Of a stretch of 64,000 nucleotides of DNA, positions 57,884-64,000 are shown one piece after another. Every line of letters begins with the position of its first letter. The stretch's first letter is position 1. The notes under the pieces are model-generated. The model saw only the letters and a list, made by a program, of their open reading frames with translations, searched no databases and had not been told where the DNA came from. The position numbers were made by a program, and so were the translations under genes. This DNA comes from Spirochaetia bacterium (lineage in GTDB: Bacteria; Spirochaetota; Spirochaetia; DSM-2461): the NCBI GenBank assembly GCA_963666985.2, contig CAXXIA010000002.1, forward strand, positions 2,560,001 to 2,624,000, read 5' to 3'.

Positions 57884-59407
57884 CTAGTGCGTTTCGGTTG
57901 CGATTGAGCCGGATAGAGGGATGCTTATCATGTTCCAAGACGCCGGTTCCAAGGTGAATGCGACGCTTTCGCTTCCCGCTGTTATCTCTTCGGCGGCGCA
58001 CGGCCGAACCGGTGCGTGCTTCGCCGTGTTTGTCGCATTCGGGGAAGATGTCAGTTTTATATGCTCTCCTTTGCCCTTCGCCCGAAGACCCGCGAGAACG
58101 GCGGTGCAGTTCGCCGTCTTTTTAAGGTCTTTGTTGATAAGGAAGAGGTTCAGTTCGTTTCTTTCTTCGTTCAGGACTGCTGCACAGTCGATGCTCGGAA
58201 TATGCGGGCCGATTTTACAGCCGTAAGTCGGGCATTCAAGACCGACGCGCAAAGCTTTTCCTCGTCCGCGCAGAGATGTATATAAAAAAGGGTAATAGAT
58301 GGTTTGGAGCCAGCTTGTGCCGCCGGGTTCCGTCATGATCGGAGCGATAACGTTCACCAACTGTGCCAGGCAGGCGATTTTTACCGTATCGGCGTTATTG
58401 ATAAGCGTCGTCAGCATGCCTCCTACCAGCAGCGCGTCCGTGAAGTCGTATGCTTCTTCTTCGATCGGCCTGGGGCAAATCCATTTTTCCGGGTATATTC
58501 CGGCTTCCTGAAAGTGGTACCACACATTCCATTCATCGAAGGAAAGCTTAACGTCGTGATCGGACTTTCTGCGTGATTTTTCTTCCGCGCATATCGAGGC
58601 CACCTCTTTGATGAAGGAATCCATTTCGGTGCTTCGGGCCAGAAACGCGGGGATATCGCCGTCGCTATTCCTGTAGTACTGATGCAGAGACAGGTAATCC
58701 ACATGTTCCCAGCAATGGGAAAGAACCGTGCGTTCCCAAGAACCGAAGGTCGGCATATCGCGGAAGGAACTGCCGCAGGCCACCAGCTCTATGGAAGGAT
58801 CCGTCCATTTCATCATTTTGGCGGTTTCGCGGGCAATGCGTCCGTATTCTTCCGCGGTTTTTGCGCAGATTTGCCAGGGGCCGTCCATTTCGTTTCCCAG
58901 GCACCACAGTTTGATGCCGTGGGGTTCTTCATAGCCGTGTGATCGGCGCAGATCGCTGTAGTACGATCCTTTTTCTATATTGCAGTATTCCAGCAGATTG
59001 GCCGCATCCTGCGGTCCCCGTGTGCCGAGGTTGACTCCGATCATGGGTTCGATTCCGTTTCTTCGGCAGTACGAGACAAACTCGTTTATGCCGATCAGGT
59101 TCGGTTCGAGGGCGAACCAGGCAAGTTCTCTTCGAACCGGCCGGGATGAGCGGTCGCCCACACCGTCTTCCCATCGGTAGCCGGAGAGAAAATTCCCTCC
59201 CGGATAGCGAATGTGGGATATGCGCAGCGCCCGGATGTGTTCTTCCACGTCTCGGCGAAAACCTTCCGAATCCGCTTCGGGATGATCGGGTTCGAAAATC
59301 CCCGTATAAACGGCGCGCCCCATATGTTCGATAAAGGAGCTGTAGAGACGTTCATCGACGGTGGAAATAATTTCTTGTCCGTTCAGACGGATAACGGCGT
59401 TCATCAT
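57884..59407 (-). CDS. abfA: Alpha-L-arabinofuranosidase (GH51)
   Basis: SFIEHMGRAVY, RYPGGNF, GNEMDGPWQ, FDEWNVW, AQLVNVIAPI. Confidence 0.93.
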   Translation of the reverse strand: MMNAVIRLNGQEIISTVDERLYSSFIEHMGRAVYTGIFEPDHPEADSEGFRRDVEEHIRALRISHIRYPGGNFLSGYRWEDGVGDRSSRPVRRELAWFALEPNLIGINEFVSYCRRNGIEPMIGVNLGTRGPQDAANLLEYCNIEKGSYYSDLRRSHGYEEPHGIKLWCLGNEMDGPWQICAKTAEEYGRIARETAKMMKWTDPSIELVACGSSFRDMPTFGSWERTVLSHCWEHVDYLSLHQYYRNSDGDIPAFLARSTEMDSFIKEVASICAEEKSRRKSDHDVKLSFDEWNVWYHFQEAGIYPEKWICPRPIEEEAYDFTDALLVGGMLTTLINNADTVKIACLAQLVNVIAPIMTEPGGTSWLQTIYYPFLYTSLRGRGKALRVGLECPTYGCKIGPHIPSIDCAAVLNEERNELNLFLINKDLKKTANCTAVLAGLRAKGKGEHIKLTSSPNATNTAKHAPVRPCAAEEITAGSESVAFTLEPASWNMISIPLSGSIATETH

Positions 59408-60447
59408 TTTCCTTCTATCCCTCCGGCGGTTGATTCGCGTTCCACGATGCTGCAGCCGAGTAAAAACTCATGTTTTTCCGGCTTTTGATTGTCTTTAATA
59501 ATGTCCATCATGACTGTTGCCGCGGTATGACCGATATCGAACAGCGGCAGCGCGACCGTAGAAAGAGTCGGACGGCAAACGGAAGAGATTTCCCGATCGT
59601 CGAAGCCGATTAACGCCAAGTCCTTTCCGATTTCGATTCCTTTTTGATTGCAGTAATCGATGACTCCGATCGCCATAAGGTCGTTATGCGCGAAGATGGC
59701 CGTAACGCCGGCTGCGATCAGATCCGATGCGTATTCGTATCCTTGATCGCGTTCCCATGCGCCGTAACAGGTTAAGCGCGGGTTGTAGGGAATGTTGTGA
59801 TCGAAAAGGGCCTCTTGGAATCCGAGAAGACGGTTGTTTGTATGATAAGAGTCTTTGGCTCCGGCGATAATCCCGATTTCCCGGTGTCCTTTGGAAATCA
59901 GCAGTTCGGCAACTTTGCGGGCGGCTTCACGGTCATCGTAAATAACATCGGGAATATCCGGATCTTCGCTGTAGCAGTAAACACAGACGAATCGAGTTTC
60001 TTTTTGCTTTTGGAGAGGAGCGACGATATGGCTGTGACAGCCGATGTAGATAATGCCGTCCACCTGCTTGGAGAGCATTTCGTCCAGCATATCCGTCAGC
60101 ATGTCGGATTTTCGCCGGCCGTAATTCGGATCGTGGCCGAAAAGTTTGTTGAAACGAAGATTTCCCAGGATGTAATGATAGTTTCGCTGTTCGCAGCAAA
60201 CTCCGATTCCGTCGACAATGCCGGGTGTGTTGAAGACCGTTAAGTCTTCGGCGATGATGCCGAGAGTCCGGCTCATACCCGTTTTCAGATGACGGGCGTT
60301 GAGGTTCGGGCGATAGTTCAGTTTTTTCGCGGCGGCCAGAACGGATTTCTGAGTTTCGCTGCTTACGCCCGGCTGGTCGTTCAGAACCTTTGAAACGGTT
60401 GCAATGGAAACCCCCGTGCATTCGGAGATTTCTTTAATCGTCGCCAC
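59404..60447 (-). CDS. LacI-family regulator
   Basis: TIKEISECTGVSIATVSKVLN, YRPN, IGFDD. Confidence 0.95.
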   Translation of the reverse strand: MATIKEISECTGVSIATVSKVLNDQPGVSSETQKSVLAAAKKLNYRPNLNARHLKTGMSRTLGIIAEDLTVFNTPGIVDGIGVCCEQRNYHYILGNLRFNKLFGHDPNYGRRKSDMLTDMLDEMLSKQVDGIIYIGCHSHIVAPLQKQKETRFVCVYCYSEDPDIPDVIYDDREAARKVAELLISKGHREIGIIAGAKDSYHTNNRLLGFQEALFDHNIPYNPRLTCYGAWERDQGYEYASDLIAAGVTAIFAHNDLMAIGVIDYCNQKGIEIGKDLALIGFDDREISSVCRPTLSTVALPLFDIGHTAATVMMDIIKDNQKPEKHEFLLGCSIVERESTAGGIEGK

Positions 60448-60566
60448 GTCTGTAAACTCCGCTTTTTTCGGACCAAGTATGTCCCATACGCACTATAAAC
60501 GAAAGCGGCCCTTGCTTGGGATCGGCTTTGTTCTCCGGTTTTTAACGAACCGATTTAGTTGTTGGG

Positions 60567-60767
60567 AAAACGTTTAACATGGCTATTTTACCGACCATTT
60601 AGCGGGAGATGCAAGTTTTTTCTGCTTTTTTCGATGAATATTGCTTTCTTTTTCCTTTACAGGAGATAAGAACGGGGATAATGTGTAAAAACATAGTAAA
60701 CGTTTAACTTAATATTATTAAGAACGCTTTGGAAATATTTATATTTCGAAATATGTTAAACGTTTAA
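60567..60767. promoter_or_regulatory. Three LacI-type operators
   Basis: AAACGTTTAA within 60567-60578, 60696-60708 and 60756-60767. Confidence 0.75.
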
Positions 60768-60774
60768 TATATCT

Positions 60775-62706
60775 ATGAAAGGGTATGATAAGGTGTATCG
60801 CTCGATCAGCAACAGGCATATTCAAATTCACGATTCGTTCTTCGATCATTATGTCGATATGATTGCGGATACGGTTTTGCCGTATCAATGGGATATTCTC
60901 AACGATCGTGTCGCGGGCGCCGAACGATCTCATTGCCTTGAAAATTTTCGCATCGCGGCCGGAGAGAAACAAGGCGAATTCTACGGAGCGGTGTTTCAAG
61001 ATACTGACGTCTATAAATGGCTGGAGGCCGTATCGTACTGCATTGAGAGCGGGAAGGGCGCGAAATTTATTGAACTTGCCGATGAGGTGATCGACTTGAT
61101 TACCCGAGCTCAGCAGCCGGATGGTTACCTGAATACCTATTACACGATAGCGGAACCTGAAGGCCGCTGGACCAATCTGCTGGAAGGACATGAGCTTTAT
61201 AGTGCGGGTTATCTTATTGAAGCGGCCGTGGCCTATTTCAATGCGACCGGGAAAAAAAATCTGCTGATAACAGCCGTTCGATTCGCGGATTTGATTACGA
61301 AAACCTTTGGTCCGGGAGAAAATCAAAAGAAAGGATATCCGGGCCATCAGGAAATCGAACTGGCGCTGGTAAAACTTTTTCGGCTGACAAATGAAAAACG
61401 ATATCTGGAAACCGCCCGCTTTTTTATCGATGAACGCGGCAGGATTCCCAGTTATTTTCTTTCGGAGATTGAAGAGCGCGGTGGCCGGTGTATTTTTCCG
61501 GAATTTCAAAATTACGATTTGAAATATTCCCAGTCCCATATGCCGCCCGCGGAGCAGCGCAGTATTGAAGGACATGCGGTTCGTGCCGTCTATATGTGTG
61601 CCGCCATGGCGGATTTGGCCGGCGAATACGATGATGAGAAGCTGAAAGAGGCCTGCCTGGCCTTATGGCGGAATCTGACGGAACAACGCATGTTTATTAC
61701 CGGCGGAATCGGTTCGTCGGGGCATCTTGAACGTTTTACCACAGATTACGATCTTCCCAACGACAGAACTTACTGTGAAACCTGCGCCTCCGTAGGGCTG
61801 ATGATGTTCGGGCAGAGGATGGCCTCCCTTACCGGAGAGGCCCGTTTTTACGACGCGGTGGAACGGGCTCTTTACAACACGGTTCTCGCGGGAATCAGCG
61901 CGGACGGTTTGCGGTATTTTTACGTTAATCCGCTTGAAGTGTGGCCCGCAGGATGTCTTCCTTCAACTTCTATGGCCCATGTTAAGCCGGTACGGCAGCA
62001 ATGGTTCAGCGTGGCCTGCTGCCCAACTAATGTGGCACGGACACTTGCCTCGCTGGGGCAATACATTTATGCCCAAGATGATCAAGCTCTGTATATCCAT
62101 CAGTTCATTTCTTCTTCCATTGAAACCGAAGTGAACGGTGCGCCTCTTTCATTGTCCATGGAGGCGGATCTTGTTCGGGATTCGGCGGTGAGGATTCACG
62201 CCGAAGGGACTTTCCGGCTGAACCTTCGGATTCCTCATTATGCCGACCGGCCGGATTTTACAGTGAACGGAAAGCCCCATGTACCGAGTGTTGAGAATGG
62301 GTATGCATGTTTCGATGTGGATAGAGAGGCGGAGATTGTCCTGGATCCGCATGCCGCTCCCCGCTGGATCGCGGCGAACGATGAAGTTCCGGCGGATGCG
62401 GGGAAAACGGCTTTGACATTGGGACCTTATGTCTATTGCCTGGAAGAAAGCGACAACGGCGCGAATCTGGCGGGCGTGTCTTTGCCGCCGGGAGCGAATG
62501 CTGAAACGATTGAACTTTTAAAGGATTTGCCGGGAAATCTGCCCGGAATTGAATATCCCGGATATAGGATTTCCAGCGGCGTGAATTCGCTGTATGGAAC
62601 ACCGGATTACGATGTTCGCTCCGTCCGGCTGACCGCCGTTCCTTATTGCTTATGGTGCAACAGACGGCCCGGTGAAATGCTTGTTTGGCAAAAGGTGCGT
62701 TTCTGA
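60775..62706 (+). CDS. Beta-L-arabinofuranosidase (GH127)
   Basis: FQDTDVYKWLEA, HELY, GHAVRA, ETCASV, ACCPTN. Confidence 0.92.
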   Translation: MKGYDKVYRSISNRHIQIHDSFFDHYVDMIADTVLPYQWDILNDRVAGAERSHCLENFRIAAGEKQGEFYGAVFQDTDVYKWLEAVSYCIESGKGAKFIELADEVIDLITRAQQPDGYLNTYYTIAEPEGRWTNLLEGHELYSAGYLIEAAVAYFNATGKKNLLITAVRFADLITKTFGPGENQKKGYPGHQEIELALVKLFRLTNEKRYLETARFFIDERGRIPSYFLSEIEERGGRCIFPEFQNYDLKYSQSHMPPAEQRSIEGHAVRAVYMCAAMADLAGEYDDEKLKEACLALWRNLTEQRMFITGGIGSSGHLERFTTDYDLPNDRTYCETCASVGLMMFGQRMASLTGEARFYDAVERALYNTVLAGISADGLRYFYVNPLEVWPAGCLPSTSMAHVKPVRQQWFSVACCPTNVARTLASLGQYIYAQDDQALYIHQFISSSIETEVNGAPLSLSMEADLVRDSAVRIHAEGTFRLNLRIPHYADRPDFTVNGKPHVPSVENGYACFDVDREAEIVLDPHAAPRWIAANDEVPADAGKTALTLGPYVYCLEESDNGANLAGVSLPPGANAETIELLKDLPGNLPGIEYPGYRISSGVNSLYGTPDYDVRSVRLTAVPYCLWCNRRPGEMLVWQKVRF

Positions 62707-62762
62707 AGAAATACATACCTCGCAGGGGGTTTTGTATAAAACCGAAAGGGAAGGAGAAAGAG

Positions 62763-64000
62763 ATGAAAAAAAGATTTTTAGTTTTGTTTCTTTGCGTTGC
62801 GGCTGTTGGAAATCTGATGGCCGGAGGCGGTTCGGAAGCCGATAAGGCCGGCGACGGAAGGGTGAAGGTGATCTATTCATACTGGGGAACACCCGATGAA
62901 GCGAAAACCGTTCAGGTTGTCGCGGATAAATTTAATTCCACACAAGACCGGATTGCAGTTGAAATCATGGCCATACCGCATGAATCGTATGTGACAAAAC
63001 TGAACACCATGGCTACGGCGAAGGAACTGCCCGACTGCGGCATAATGAGTGAAGCGGGAGTTCTGCAGTTTGCCGAGAATGGACTTCTTGCCGATATCTC
63101 CGGCATGTACGGCAAGGGCGATTCCAGACCTCTGGAGAGTTTGGCTTTTAAGTATAAAGGTGCTCCCGTGGCCTATTCCGTGGCGAATGAAGTTCTGCTG
63201 CTTTACTACAATAAGGATATGTTTGACGCGGCCGGAGTTCCTTATCCGCCCGCGAATGCGGAAAACGCCTGGAACTGGGATGAGTTTGTCAATGCGGCAA
63301 AACTCCTGACTCTTGATGCGAACGGAAACAACGCGAAATCTTCCCAATTTAATTCAAACAACATTGTTCAATACGGCTGTATGGTGGACAACCTGACATG
63401 GCAGCTTGAAGTCTGGTGCCTTAGCAACGGCAGCGGTTTCTATAGTGAAGACGGATCGGAAGTCACCATTAATGAGCCTGCGGCGATTGACGCATTGCAG
63501 AATATTGCCGATTTGCATCTGGTTCATCATGTGGCTCCGCTTTCAACGGGCGTCTTGGACGACGGTATGCAGCGCTCCCTTATCGCCGGAACCTGCGCCA
63601 TGGCCACCGGCGGGGCTTGGAACGTCGGCACATGCCTTGGAACGGCTCGGGAGGAAGGACTGAATTACGGCGTCGCCGTTTTGCCTTATATGAAGAAAAA
63701 GGTGACCATCTGTACGGGCGGTCCCAATGTCGTTTTCAGTCAGACGAAGAATGCGGCCGAGGCTATGGAATGGATTAAGTGGTATGCTCAAGAGGAAAAC
63801 AGCTGGTCTTTGATTGAAAGCGGTATCTGGATGCCCATTTTGGAGAAATGGTACACGGATGAAAAACTCACTCATAAGTGGGTGGATAATCCGAATTTTC
63901 CGCCGTATGAGGAATACAAAAGCGCCGTTGTCGATTACGCCATGGGCTATGCAAAGTCCACTTCCTGGTACTATGTCAACAATACCGTGGATTTCAACGC
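62763..64000 (+). CDS. Sugar ABC substrate-binding protein (runs off window end)
   Basis: Hand translation of the start MKKRFLVLFLCVAAVGNLMAGGGSEA...YSYWGTPDE; later LLYYNKDMFDAAG...WNWDEF. Confidence 0.88.
   Translation, partial: MKKRFLVLFLCVAAVGNLMAGGGSEADKAGDGRVKVIYSYWGTPDEAKTVQVVADKFNSTQDRIAVEIMAIPHESYVTKLNTMATAKELPDCGIMSEAGVLQFAENGLLADISGMYGKGDSRPLESLAFKYKGAPVAYSVANEVLLLYYNKDMFDAAGVPYPPANAENAWNWDEFVNAAKLLTLDANGNNAKSSQFNSNNIVQYGCMVDNLTWQLEVWCLSNGSGFYSEDGSEVTINEPAAIDALQNIADLHLVHHVAPLSTGVLDDGMQRSLIAGTCAMATGGAWNVGTCLGTAREEGLNYGVAVLPYMKKKVTICTGGPNVVFSQTKNAAEAMEWIKWYAQEENSWSLIESGIWMPILEKWYTDEKLTHKWVDNPNFPPYEEYKSAVVDYAMGYAKSTSWYYVNNTVDFN

Noticed and set aside
62763..62785. Frameshift or phase variation in the A-run at the start of the binding-protein gene
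   Set aside because: With 7 As the frame is open; the gene is missing from the ORF track because it runs off the window

Overview
The window has two parts. Bases 1-16553 are the right-hand part of a Mu-like transposable prophage: a leftward lysis cassette, an AT-rich two-gene moron (YejK/NdpA-like protein plus a membrane protein), an internal repressor/ner switch, SprT-like and ParB-like genes, MuA/MuB, DUF3164, GemA, Mor, terminase subunits, portal, and a MuF protein with a C-terminal BECR-like nuclease domain. It ends at a Mu-type ...TACA end inside a ROK-family gene. Bases 16554-64000 are ordinary chromosome, probably of a spirochaete (inferred from signal-peptide style and gene families). 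They carry a sigma54-controlled sugar ABC system, type II pantothenate kinase, pepF, two RND systems each with a PII-like gene, rdgB/NUDIX, a sigma-like gene, tig-clpP-clpX-lon, tRNA-Leu, tRNA-Lys and an arabinofuranosidase locus. The best leads are: a compact four-stem RNA-like element where the MuF immunity gene would be expected; three in-frame palindromes with compensatory changes inside the repressor gene; the AT-rich moron; and twin activator-type late promoters with identical geometry. All family calls come from reading motifs by eye; no database searches were run.
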